Positions 25,301 through 36,586 of a stretch of DNA of 64,000 bases are shown here, in pieces. A program made the translations under genes and the position numbers. The notes under the pieces were generated by a model. It searched no databases. It saw only the letters and a list, made by a program, of their open reading frames with translations, and had not been told where the DNA came from. The DNA comes from Octopus sinensis (lineage: Eukaryota), in the NCBI RefSeq assembly GCF_006345805.1, contig NC_043001.1:13764001-13828000 (forward strand). Direction: 5' to 3'. Numbering within the stretch: position 1 is the first letter of the stretch; the number at the start of each line of letters is the position of its first letter.

Positions 25301-25807
25301 CAGTTGAAAGCGTCTGAGCAGGTCTCTGAGGCATTTGCATCCCCGTCTATTCCTATCTCTACCCACGTAGTCTACATGCGTGTCCAAGGTAGCATTCCAA
25401 TCCCCCACTAAGAGTAAAGGACGAGACGTTCCCAAGAAAACTTCTAGACGTTGAAAGAAATCCGCCCGACCTGTTAAGGGCGGTGCGTAAACTGATACGA
25501 GTCGAAAAGCGCACCCATTGCTGCCGTCGACATCCAGGACGACCAGTCTACGAATATTGTCCTTACATTGAGATCCAGACTCTTGTGAAAAAGTACCGCG
25601 GTGCCACTACCGCCCATTCTCGGCAGACAGGGGGAAAAATAAATGTTGAACTGTCCGCCAAACATGGTCTTTAGGGCCCGCGGATTGTGGAGTCTGGTCT
25701 CGCTTATGGCTATGATTTCTAACTTATGTGACTTTATGTCATTTAAGAGGTACCCTTGTTTCCAAGGGACCCCAAGCCACGCGCATTTACACACCAATCT
25801 TGATCAT
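22379..25807 (-). CDS. Tx1-like ORF2 (APE endonuclease + reverse transcriptase + C-terminal zinc finger), frameshifted, copy F
   Basis: Motifs across frames: [80 protein letters not shown] 13-nt deletion between GTCTAC repeats near 25545 relative to copy E breaks the frame. Confidence 0.92.
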
Positions 25808-25926
25808 AGTTCTAATGAATTAGAATACAGAGGGTTACTTACTGCTCGAAAGTTTTTGCTTTCTCCTCCGTTGGTTTGTCCTCGAGAAGATCCCAGTACA
25901 GTTTCTTTGTGAGATATTTTTGGCAT

Positions 25927-28925
25927 TTACCAACCGCACTGGGGAAAATGCCTTTGAGTGTGTGGTGCAGACTTTTGGAGATGTGTAATATTTTGATGTG
26001 GTCTGGTGGTGTTTGTATGGTGATTGTTTGTTTTTATGTCATCTTCTGTTATGTTTGTTTTTGATTGGATGTATTCCATCAAATTTGTGTTTTTGGTGTC
26101 TATGGCTGTGAGCATGTTTGCTGTATATGTTTTTGTGGTGTTGGTGTGGCTGTTGTTTTTGCGTTGGGTTTTGAAATGTCTTCGGGAGATGTATTTCCCC
26201 CTGCTTTGTTCGTGTTGCATTTGGTTTGGTTGTGTTTTCTGCTCTTTATTTTCCTTCTTTTTGTAGCTATTTGCCATTCCTCACTGGTTTCGTCTTCCGA
26301 CGAAATTTCTGAGGAATCAGAAGGGGGTAGGGGTATGTTTGTGGGTTTCTATGTATGTCTGTGTAAGTGGTTTGTGTTGTTGTTTTCGTTGTTGTTGGTT
26401 GTTGAGTGTTTGTGTGTGTTGAGTGCGGTATAAGGGATGGGGGATCAGTTTGTGTGGTGTTTTTCTTTGTTTTTCTGTTCCTTTGGGTTTTGCTGTTGTT
26501 GGTGGTGTGGTATTTTTTTCAGGTGTGAGTGGTTTTGGTTGAGACGGATTAGCTTGTGTGCTTCTCTTGTCGTCTCTGTGTTGATGGTGGTGTGGGTAGT
26601 AGAGCTTTTTTTCCGGAGTGCTTTGGTTGTGGTAGTGGTTGTTGTTGTTGCTCTTGGTGTGCAGTGGTTGGGCACGTCTTTTTCAAGTGTGTTTCGCTTC
26701 CACACAAATAGCAGCGTGGTCGCCTGCCCTCTACCACTATATAGAGTTTGTAGCCCCTGGCAGTTCTATAGAGGTGGGTATCTTCTCTCTTGCTGCTTCA
26801 TCCAATGAAGCAGGAATTCGATTGATTTGCCCCATAGTCTTTCTCTCCTAGAACCGCGATTTCCAGGATGTTTGTCTCTGACATTGTCTCTGACATTTCA
26901 AAGCAGATGGCAGAGACCACCATTGTGTTTTCGACATCAAATGGTATGTTTTTTTATTTGGACTTTCGTGACCCTTTTGTTTAAATAGACTGGTATCATT
27001 ACCAAGTCGTCCGAATGCAGCTCCAATGTGGAAAAACGTTTTTTCTAACTTCGTTGAGGAAACGTACTTGGACGTACCAATTTGTTTCCCCAACTGATAT
27101 ATTCCTTGGAGTCCCATACAGGACGAAGGCATTTTTCGATTTTTTCCTGCGGTGCATTTTCTGTTCTTCTTGTTTTTTTGTTATTACTTTATAAATTATT
27201 GTTTTTTTTGTGTGTTNNNNNNNNNNNNNNNNNNNNNNNNNNNNNNNNNNNNNNNNNNNNNNNNNNNNNNNNNNNNNNNNNNNNNNNNNNNNNNNNNNNN
27301 NNNNNNNNNNNNNNNNTTGCATTTGGTTGGTTGTTGTTTCTGCTCTTTATTTTCCTTCTTTTTGTAGCTATTTGCCATTCCTCACTGGTTTCGTCTTCCG
27401 ACGAAATTTCTGAGGAATCAGAAGGGGGTAGGGGTATGTTGTGGGTTTCTATGTATGTCTGTGTAAGTGGTTGTGTTGTTGTTTCGTTGTTGTTGGTTGT
27501 TGAGTGTTTGTGTGTGTTGAGTGCGGTATAAGGGATGGGGGATCAGTTTGTGTGTGTTTTCTTTGTTTTTCTGTTCTTTGGTTTGCTGTGTTGGTGGTGT
27601 TGGTTATTTTTTCAGGTGTTGAGTGGTTTTGGTTGATGACGGATTAGCTTGGTGTGCTTCTCTTGTCGTCTTCTGTGTTGATGGTGGTGTGGGTAGTAGA
27701 GCTTTTTTCCGGAGTGCTTTGGTTGTGGTAGTGGTTGTTGTTGTTGCTCTTGGTGTGCAGTGGTGGGCACGTCTTTTTCAAGTGTGTTTCGCTTCCACAC
27801 AAATAGCAGCGTGGTCGCCTGCCCTCTCCACTATATAGTTTGTAGCCTCCTGGCAGTTCTATAGAGGTGGGTATCTTCTCTCTTGCTGCTTCATCCAATT
27901 GAAGCAGGAATTCGATTGATTTGCCCACATAGTCTTTCTCTCCTAGAACGCGATTTCCAGGATGTTTGTCTCTGACATTGTCTCTGACATTTCAAAGCAG
28001 ATGGCAGAGACCAACCATTGTGTTTCGACATCAAATGGTATGTTTTTATTGGACTTTCGTGACCCTTTGTTTAAATAGACTGGTATCATTACCAAGTCGT
28101 CCGAATGCAGCTCCAATGTGGAAAAACGTTTTCTAAACTTTCGTTGAGGAAACGTACTTGGACTGTACAAATTTGTTTCCCCAACTGATATATTCCTTGG
28201 AGTCCCATGCAGGACGAAGGCATTTTTCGATTTTTTCCTGCGGTGCATTTCCTGTTTCTTGTTTTTTTGTTTATTACTTTATAAATTATTGTTTTTTTTT
28301 GTGTGTTTTCCACGATGTGTTGTGGAATATGAAGGTGCAATTTGTCTCCTTCTTTGGAGAAGAGTGCCTTTGTGCGGTATATCTCTTGTGTGGTGAATGT
28401 TACAATTGTTCTTTTTTGTTTTGTTACGTCCGCAAAATTCGTTTTGAATTTGGCAGTAGAAGTGTTAATTGTGGCAGTGTTAATTGAAGCCATGGTAGTG
28501 GTGTTGGTGTTGGCGATATTAGCAGCAGAAGGCTTGGATGTAGCATTTGACGTCGTAGTAGTGGTGTTGGTGTTGGCGGTGTTGTCTTTGGTAGGCGCTT
28601 TGTGCCAATTTCGTTGTTGTTGTTGTTGGTGGTGATGGTGGTGGTGCTGGCATTCATGTTTTCGTTTGTATTCATTTTTGAAAATCCCTTTCTCTGTCCC
28701 TTTATCATCAACAAGTGGTGGGGGAGTGAGGGGAAATCTAAGTTAATGTCTTTGGTCGCGGCGATGGTGAATGCGACGTTAGATTTGTTGTTGTTGGTGG
28801 TGGTGGTGGTGATGGTGGTGACAGCGGTGTTCACGCTGCGATGTTTTTAGCAGTAGTGGTAGCAATAGTGTTTTGCTACCGTTCTGCATGACTGGCGGGC
28901 TAGCCACGTGGTTTCTAGTTGCCAT
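25927..28925 (-). CDS. Tx1-like ORF1 (gag-like nucleic-acid-binding protein with one CCHC knuckle), frameshifted
   Basis: GRRPRCYLCGSETHLKKTCP zinc knuckle at ~26690-26750 and again at ~27770-27830 (assembly overlap). Lies upstream of ORF2 on the same strand, with T/N/Q/H-rich low-complexity flanks. Putative ATG at 28925 (MATRNH...). Confidence 0.78.
27217..27316. other. Assembly gap (100 N) with ~1 kb contig overlap
   Basis: 26215-27216 is repeated at 27317-28307, differing mostly by small indels. Confidence 0.9.
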
Positions 28926-29159
28926 TTCAAAATGAAAAATGGCTAAAAAACCCACGAAAGTTTTGAAAGTTTTTTTGTAATTTCGCCCATACAGGGGCGG
29001 AATTCTACGTGAATAATTCTCAGTTTTTTTAGTGAATGAACTTGCACAACGATTAAAACAAAATATTTGACAACAAGGAGTTTTAAACATGTAAAACTGG
29101 CCAACTTACGTGGAGCCGATATGACTAGCGTCCGTCCATTGTGAGAGATGAGGAGACAG

Positions 29160-29160
<1 letters not shown>

Positions 29161-29248
<88 letters not shown>

Positions 29249-29249
29249 T

Positions 29250-29281
<32 letters not shown>

Positions 29282-29333
29282 GTGGATAGATAGATAGGTA
29301 AATAGATAGATAGGTAGATAGATTGATAGACAG
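29161..29333. repeat. (GATA)n microsatellite flanking the Tx1 array on the right
   Basis: Tandem GATA units visible directly. Confidence 0.97.
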
Positions 29334-30290
29334 ACATGTGCTATAACTTTATGCATTCTTGCACTATGAGAAAGGGAAACGCAAAAAGCTTCACCATAAG
29401 ATGCCAGGGTGTAATTCAAACGCTGCTTCTAACATCAATGCATGAGTTGGTTAATTCAAGACTTTATGTCTTTGGAATCAGCTGATCCGATTTTTGTCTG
29501 TTTTTGTTTATTCTACGTTGCTTCTGCCTAACTACGGACGCGCTGTGTTGCGAGGATGTCGTACAGTTTACCACTGAAAGCCAGCTAAAATGAATATGCA
29601 ATTCCCTTCAAGATGTCTTTCATATGTCGATTCATCCTGGCTATCATCAATTCTCGGTAAACGCTGCGTTATCTAAACCAGATGAGAAAAAATAATTGTT
29701 GCTTGTTAGTCGTATAGCAGAGCTTAGCAACAATGGCGTGCCAGTGAATGTCACACCTTCGCCCTTTGAGATGCATTATAAAAGCTGGTAGCAACTCAAC
29801 ATCGCCTCACTGTTATTAGAGAGCAAATGATTGTTGTCAACTCGAAGAAGCAAAGAAAGAAATTCAGTGATAGATTTGGCAGGGCGCCGAACTAAACGCC
29901 ATGTGTTGTTTATCAACGTTCCATTAGTTCTGAATTCACCTCCTGTCAAGTCCTATTTTAGCATTTACGATCGCATCAGTGGTGGTGTCGTTTAAATGCC
30001 TGCCCCATCTCCCCTGCCAGATATTTTCTTCCGGGAAAATCAATTTCCTTTGCGTTTCACCAGAGAAATGATCGATATGTAACAAATATGATTGAGTGAG
30101 TCTTGCCGTGATATGAATTATATTCTTGAAAGGTTTCTAAAATTATCGAGGTCAGAGTGGAGAAAGTAGGGAACTAAGAGTAATCGACATAATGTTTTGA
30201 TGTAGCGATATTTGGAACGACGATGGAGGGAGTCAGTCACAAACACAACGCCATTACACACACACACAAACAAACAACACACCTTCACAC

Positions 30291-30382
<92 letters not shown>

Positions 30383-30486
30383 TATATATATATTATATGG
30401 AGTGTTTACGAGAAAACAAAAGACAAAGACAGGTGGTGTACAAAACAAACAGATGTTTTAGTATAACGCTCAGGAATAGAAAAAGT

Positions 30487-30522
30487 GTTTTACGTTTCGA
30501 GCCTACGCTCTTCTACAGAAAG
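30487..30522 (-). ncRNA. Hammerhead-like motif with atypical core (CUGUAGA)
   Basis: Minus strand: CTTT-CTGTAGA-A-GAGC(GTAG)GCTC-GAAACGT-A-AAAC. Lies within a ~190 bp repeat (30397-30590) next to (TA)n. Confidence 0.5.
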
Positions 30523-30823
30523 GGACACAGAAAAAACAAGGAGAGAAAAAAAATGTGTGTAGTGGCTAACGATCTATCATGGCGATATATATTCTTTTAC
30601 ACTTTTATTCGTTTCAGTCATTTGTCTACAGCCATGCGGGAGCACCGCCTTAAAGTGTTTTAGTCGAAGAAATCGACCACGGGATTTATTCCTTGTAAGC
30701 CTAGTACTTATTGTATCAGCCTGTTCTGCCGAACCGTTGGGTTACGGGGACGTAAACATACCAATATCGATTGTCAAGCGATGGCTGGGGGTGGCAAACA
30801 CAGACACATAAATATATATATAT

Positions 30824-30866
<43 letters not shown>

Positions 30867-30941
30867 TTTATATTTAAAAGATGAGGAATTATTTACATTA
30901 TTTACAATTGACGGATATTTGTTCGCATCTTGTTTGTTGTT

Positions 30942-30987
30942 AACACAACGTTTCGGCTGATATACCCTCCAGCCTTCACCAGGTGTC
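30942..30987 (-). ncRNA. Type I minimal hammerhead with A6G core change (probably inactive copy)
   Basis: Minus strand: GACAC-CTGGTGA-A-GGCTG(10 nt)CAGCC-GAAACGT-T-GTGTT. Lies in a repeat next to (TA)n at 30810-30862. Confidence 0.6.
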
Positions 30988-31875
30988 TTGAGGAAATTTT
31001 GAACCTGGGTTCTCATTCCTAAGGTATTTTTCGATGTTGTTATTATTATTATTATTATTGAGGTCCCTGTCTGGAATCGAACTCGGAATCTTGGGGTTAG
31101 TAGCCTGCGCTCTAGATATAAATATTTAGCTTCTAGGTACTACGCCATATGCCCGTAATTATGTATATAATTATTATAATATTAGTAAAAGTCACATATA
31201 AGTTGTTTTTTTTATATCCGCGCTGACCCCTTGGTTCGTCTATCAAGTCCACTCACAAATTTTTGGTAGTCTCGAGGTTGTAGTAGAAGTCACTTCTCCA
31301 AGCTGAGCCGCAGAGGGAGAATACACGCTTTTTGAGCGCACAGTCACATATATATTGATAGATTCGATTGAGAAGTATCTTGATACTATGTACTATATCG
31401 TAGCAAGAGCTAAATAATGCATCATAGTGTTATTCCACGTTTCCCAACGATATATATGGAATATCATTGTTGCTTACTGTTGCTATTCATTTCCAGACAG
31501 TTTCGAGTGCGCAAGCTAAGGAGAAAACGCTACATAATCATAATACTGCATACTTGCAGCTGATATTCTTACCATTATAATGTGTGATAGGAAGAGACTC
31601 ATTTTCTGATGTGTTCCTTCTACTTAAGAGAGTAACTTTGTCATCTGGTTTCAGCACCATTATATTTGAATCTTAATTACCTTCAGTGGATTCTTCACTT
31701 ATCCACGAATTGGAATCAGTTCTGAATATCTCTAGATATCGTATACTCAAAACCTCGGAAAATCTGAAAAATTATTTGGCCGTATATATGGTCACTCAGC
31801 CTATGTGATAAGAAAATATACGAACATCTCAGGGAATTTTTCCTACAAAGTCTAGTGTGTTTTGTGAACACTCTC

Positions 31876-32245
31876 TTACTCTTTTACTCTTTTACTTGTT
31901 TCAGTCATTTGACTGTGGCCATTCTGGAGCACCGCCTTTAGTCGAACGAATCGACCCCAGGACTTATTCTTTGTAAGCCCAGTACTTATTCTTACGGGCT
32001 CTTTTGCCGAACCGCTAAGTTACGGGGACGTAAACACACCAGCATCGGTTGTCAAGCGATGTTGGGTGGGGGACAAACACAGACATACGCACACATACAT
32101 ATCTACAAATACATATATACGACGGGCTTCTTTCAGTTTCCGTCTACCAAATCCACTCATAAGGCTTTGGTCGGCCCGAGGCTATAGCAGAAGACACTTG
32201 CCTAAGATGTCGCGCAGTGGGACTGAACCCGGAACCACACAGCCA
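31876..32245 (-). mobile_element. SINE family 2 copy
   Basis: TACTCTTT tail through to the B-box region. Confidence 0.83.
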
Positions 32246-32423
32246 CAATTTCTTTCGTTGTGTAAAATGTCATAAGTGATACATATATGAAATATCCCAC
32301 GTTGCATTCTGGTATGAATTATGTGATATATTCTAGGATTATGCGGTGCATATTAATGTTGAGGGGTATACAACAGTGCCAGAGTTATATAAAATATATA
32401 ATTATATATCGTATATTGTGTTA

Positions 32424-32822
32424 TCTTTATATATAAAAGTGAGGTTTTGTGCTGTCTGTCCCCTACGATTTAGATTCCTAACTACTTCCATATTTTGCGG
32501 TGCAGTTTAACCAAAACCGGGTATCTTATAGTCGTGATTCATATCGAGCCTTTCTGGGTATTAGCGCGCGTCTACGATGAGTCTACGATTAAAAAAAAAA
32601 CTTACCATCAATTTTTCCCATTTTTAATGCATTTTTGGCATATATAAGGGAAGTAACTCTTTCAAAATTTATTATTAAATCTCAGAACGTAAAAAGCTAC
32701 AGTAACACCCACCCACCCTTTGTGGTTAGCCATATTGAGATGGCTATTATACTTTACATCTCTAAAATGCTTATATAGTTATTTCCCTTACAAACCCGAG
32801 CAACGCCGGTAGATACTGCTAG
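32424..32822 (+). mobile_element. Non-autonomous Helitron-like element, family B
   Basis: A|TCTTTATATATAAAAG ... AAACCCGAGCAACGCCGGTAGATACTGCTAG|T. Confidence 0.78.
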
Positions 32823-33313
32823 TACAGTATAACGTAAACAACGTGTGATATATTTAATACTGCAAGGCTAAGAAAGGAAACGCCAATATTCTATCAATAA
32901 AACGCCAATAATTTATCAATGATCATAGAGAGATATGAAATAAACAAAGAATATGACAGTCAATATTTTAAATGTTTGAAATAGCCCAAGTATTATTAAT
33001 TCTTATGTTATTATTGCATTTATCAGCATTAAATCTAAAAACTTGATGATTGCATTCTCACTTTCCTAGATATTCGTCAGAAATAACACAAAATCTTTAG
33101 ATCTCTAAAACAATGGTGTCAATACTTTTTTTATTTAAATAGTAAATCTCCGACATTAATCAGTCTCTATTGACTTTCAATAGACATCTACACTCCGCTG
33201 GATTTACATACCCGACCACAAGCACACATATACACACATATACACAATGAAAAAATACATATGAATATATATATATTATATATATATATATATATATTAT
33301 ATATATTAAATAT

Positions 33314-33375
<62 letters not shown>

Positions 33376-33380
33376 TATAT

Positions 33381-33424
<44 letters not shown>

Positions 33425-33436
33425 AATATATATATA

Positions 33437-33480
<44 letters not shown>

Positions 33481-33561
33481 AATGAGGATAAAATTTGTTT
33501 CGAAAAAAATTTTATCAATGGCCAGCACATTCAAAAATACCTTAAACGGTTAAATTTATAA

Positions 33562-33725
33562 ACAATTCATAAATGAGGGCAAAGGAAAACATTTCTAATG
33601 CCAAATATGCCGAAAAATTGGACATATTGTCCATTAACCATATAATTATAAGGTTAATGGACAATATGTCCAATTTTTCGGCATATTTGACATTAGAAAA
33701 TTTTTTCGTTTGCCCTCATTTATGA

Positions 33726-33730
<5 letters not shown>
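33562..33730. repeat. 169-bp near-perfect palindrome inside a (TA)n-flanked short repeat (33478-33730)
   Basis: 33562-33639 pairs with 33652-33730; the centre TATAATTATA is itself palindromic. Confidence 0.85.
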
Positions 33731-33768
<38 letters not shown>

Positions 33769-34347
33769 TGAGTATAATACACATAGCTACATGCGTACGC
33801 ACAGACACAAACATACGCACATATGTGTGTATCAAAGACGAGGGATTAAAAATGCGAGCAAATATTTTGTAAGCTCCCTGTGTAGATCGAAATCGGTTAA
33901 CTAAATTAACCAGTGAAGGCCGTTTGTATGTGTGCTTGGCCGTGTGAGTGTGTGTGTGTGTTCATATCACACGCAATTTATTTGTAAAGCGCGTTCTGGG
34001 ACACCGGCTTTTCGACGCGATTTACTTCACATGTGTCCACGTAAGAATTTGTTGAAAGCTATAAAACATAGAAGAGAAAGTGTTAGCACAGATCACCGAT
34101 CTCTTTACAAAAGTTTCTGTGTAAATTCCTTTGCCAAATCGAACAAAGAAATAGTAAAGGAATAAAAGTATGAAAAGCACCCCTTGAAACTAGCAGACAT
34201 TTTGGCTGTAAGGGATTTCACAGAAGATGTGTTAGATATATCATGGATTTGTTCACTCGTAGTAGACGTGTGTGTGTTTGATTTTGTGTGTGTGTGCGTA
34301 CCTGTGTCACAAGATACTGTGAAAAATTTCCTCCTGTTTTCTATTTT

Positions 34348-34733
34348 TGGAAGCACTCCGTCGGTTACGACGACGAGGGTTCCGGTTGATCCGAATCAAC
34401 GGAACAGCCTGCTCGTGAAATTAACGTGTAAGTGGCTGAGCACTCCACAGACACGTGCACCCTTAACGTAGTTCTCGGGGATATTCAGCGTGACACAGAG
34501 CGTGACAAGGCCGGCCCTTTGAAATACAGGTACAACAGAAACAGGAAGAAAGAGTGAGAGGAAGTTGTGGTGAAAGAGTACAGCAGGGATCACCACCATC
34601 CCCCCTGCCGGAGCCTCGTGGGGCTTTAGGTGTTTTCGCTCAATAAACACTCACAACGCCCGGTCTGGGAATCGAAACCGCGATCCTATGACTGCGAGTC
34701 CGCTGCCCTAACCACTGGGCCATTGCACCTCCA
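34348..34733 (-). mobile_element. SINE family 3, full copy
   Basis: High identity to 54157-54538. Confidence 0.88.
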
Positions 34734-35048
34734 CTATTTTCTATTAATCTTATTACAAATAGAATAATGAACTTAGCGTATACAGTGATCAGGTTCACTC
34801 GTCAGAAGAAAGTAAAAAAAAACTGCATGAACAGTACATAGAATATGCACCGGTAAAGAACAGTGGAAGGGGGAATCAGGCATATTTTGGACGAATTTCA
34901 GGAAGCATGAACGTTTTGAAGCGTTTAGTGTCTCGACAGCTAACAACTAAAGCAGGTAGGTTATTCCATGCTTCAGCAAATTTTAGCGATGCGTTTCTAT
35001 TGAAGTTTGTAGTGATTGTTGGTTTTTTGTTAAAGTAGAGAAAGGATA

Positions 35049-35444
35049 TCTTTATATATAAAAGTGAGGTTGTGTGCTGTCTGTCTCCTACGATTTAGAT
35101 TCCTAACTACTCCAACATTTTGCGGTGCAGTGTAATCAAAACCGGGTATCTTATAGTCGTGATTCATATCGAGCCCTTCTGGGTATTAGCGCGCGTCTAC
35201 GATGAGTCTACGATTTAAAAAAAAAATTACCATCATTTTTTCCCATTTTTAATGCATTTTTGGCATATATAAGGGAAGTAACATTCTAAAAAATTATTAT
35301 TAAATCTCAGAACGTAAAAAGCAACAGTAACACCCACCCTTTGTGGTTAGCCATATTGAGATGGCTATTATACTTTACATCGCTAAAAATGCTTATATAG
35401 TTATTTCCCTTACAAACCCGAGCAACGCCGGGCGATACTGCTAG
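35049..35444 (+). mobile_element. Non-autonomous Helitron-like element, family B
   Basis: Near-identical to 32424-32822, with the same TC...CTAG ends and subterminal hairpin. Confidence 0.78.
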
Positions 35445-35528
35445 TCATAAATAAACATGATTTGTGACATTAAGAGATTCTGACATGTATTGTTCTTATT
35501 TTCAATCTTAATATTATCTTGAAGTTTC

Positions 35529-35922
35529 AGGAGGCGAGCTGGCAGAATCGTTAACACACCGGGCGAAATGCTCAGCGGTATTTCGTCTGCCGCTACGTTC
35601 TGAGTTCAAATTCCGCCGACGTCGACTTTGCCTTTCATCCTTTCGGGGTCGATTAAATAAGTACCAGTTACGCACTGGGGTCGATATAATCGACTTAATC
35701 TGTTTGTCTGTCCTTGTTTGTCCTCTCTGTTTTTAGCCCCTTGTGGGTAGTAAAGAAATAGGTATTTCGAACATTTTCACGTTCTCCTCTCAAATTCTGT
35801 CGTTAACTTTCATCATTTAGGTTTGATTTTTAAAAAAATAGGTACCAGTTGAGTAATGATGTCGATTTAATCGACATAGCCCTTCTCTAAAATATCTGGT
35901 CTTGTGCCAAAATTTGAAATCA
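35529..35922 (+). mobile_element. SINE family 1, head + unit + degenerate second unit with alternative tail
   Basis: The second unit from 35761 is diverged and ends CTGGTCTTGTGCCAAAATTTGAAA. Confidence 0.8.
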
Positions 35923-35997
35923 GTATCATTCTTCCAGTTGGTCGCTTCAACTCAGATTAGGTAAACACTATTTGATGGCATAAAAGAAGTACCGTCA

Positions 35998-36412
35998 TAG
36001 GCGCAGGAGTGGCTGTGTGGTAAGTAGCTTGCTAACCAACCACATGGTTCCGGGTTCAGTCCCACTGCGTGGCATCTTGGGCAAGTGTCTTCTACTATAG
36101 CCTCGGGCCGGCCAAAGCCTTATGAGTGGATTTGGTAGACGGAAACTGAAAGAAGCCTGTCGTATATATGTATATATATATATAGTGTGTATGTATGTTT
36201 GTGTGTCTGTGTTTGTCCCCCTAGCATTGCTTGACAACCGATGCTGGTGTGTTTATGTCCCCGTTACTTAGCGGTTCGGCAAAAGAGACCGATAGAATCA
36301 GTACTGGGCTTACAAAGAATAAGTCCTTGGGTCGATTTGCTCGACTAAAGGCAGTGGTCCAGCATGGCCGCAGTCAAATGACTGAAACAAGTAAAAGAGT
36401 AAAGAGTAAGAG
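35998..36412 (+). mobile_element. tRNA-derived SINE family 2 (CORE-like body, internal (TA)/(TG) microsatellite, AAGAGTA-repeat tail), full copy
   Basis: Head GGCGCAGGAGTGGCTGTGTGGTAAG..GGTTCAGTCCC and body GGCATCTTGGGCAAGTGTCTTC. Other copies or fragments lie at about 3682-3975(-), 30597-30835(-), 31876-32245(-), 36587-36953(-), 51297-51587(-), 57163-57473(-), 59143-59495(+), 61806-62060 and 62115-62490(+). Confidence 0.85.
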
Positions 36413-36586
36413 TATACTAGACGCAGCCCAATCTCAGCAGCGCATATTCAGGAGGAAAATGTGTCTTATAATCCATCAAAGTCAGGGGGTTACCCCTTGT
36501 CATACACCGTGCGTGTGTGTCAATATAGTGTATGAGTGGTGTGCCATACCTTTATTATATATATATATATATGTATGTATGTATAT

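Larger units (their letters stand above)
22015..29160 (-). mobile_element. Tx1-like (L1 clade) non-LTR retrotransposon, apparently full-length copy F (about 6.0 kb after removing the assembly overlap)
   Basis: 5' UTR, CCHC-bearing ORF1, ORF2 with APE-RT-zinc finger, U-rich 3' UTR ending AATAAAGAAAC. Flanked on both sides by (GATA)n/(GGTA)n. Frameshifted; includes the N gap and the duplicated 26215-27216/27317-28307 segment. Confidence 0.92.

Noticed and set aside
18451-27531. Long plus-strand ORFs overlapping the Tx1 copies
   Set aside because: They are antisense shadows of GC-rich ORF2 or low-complexity ORF1 with no recognisable motifs.
26215-28307. Apparent tandem duplication of ORF1 with two zinc knuckles
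   Set aside because: The two ~1 kb copies sit exactly either side of the 100-N gap and differ mainly by small indels. This is best explained as overlapping contig ends, not biology.
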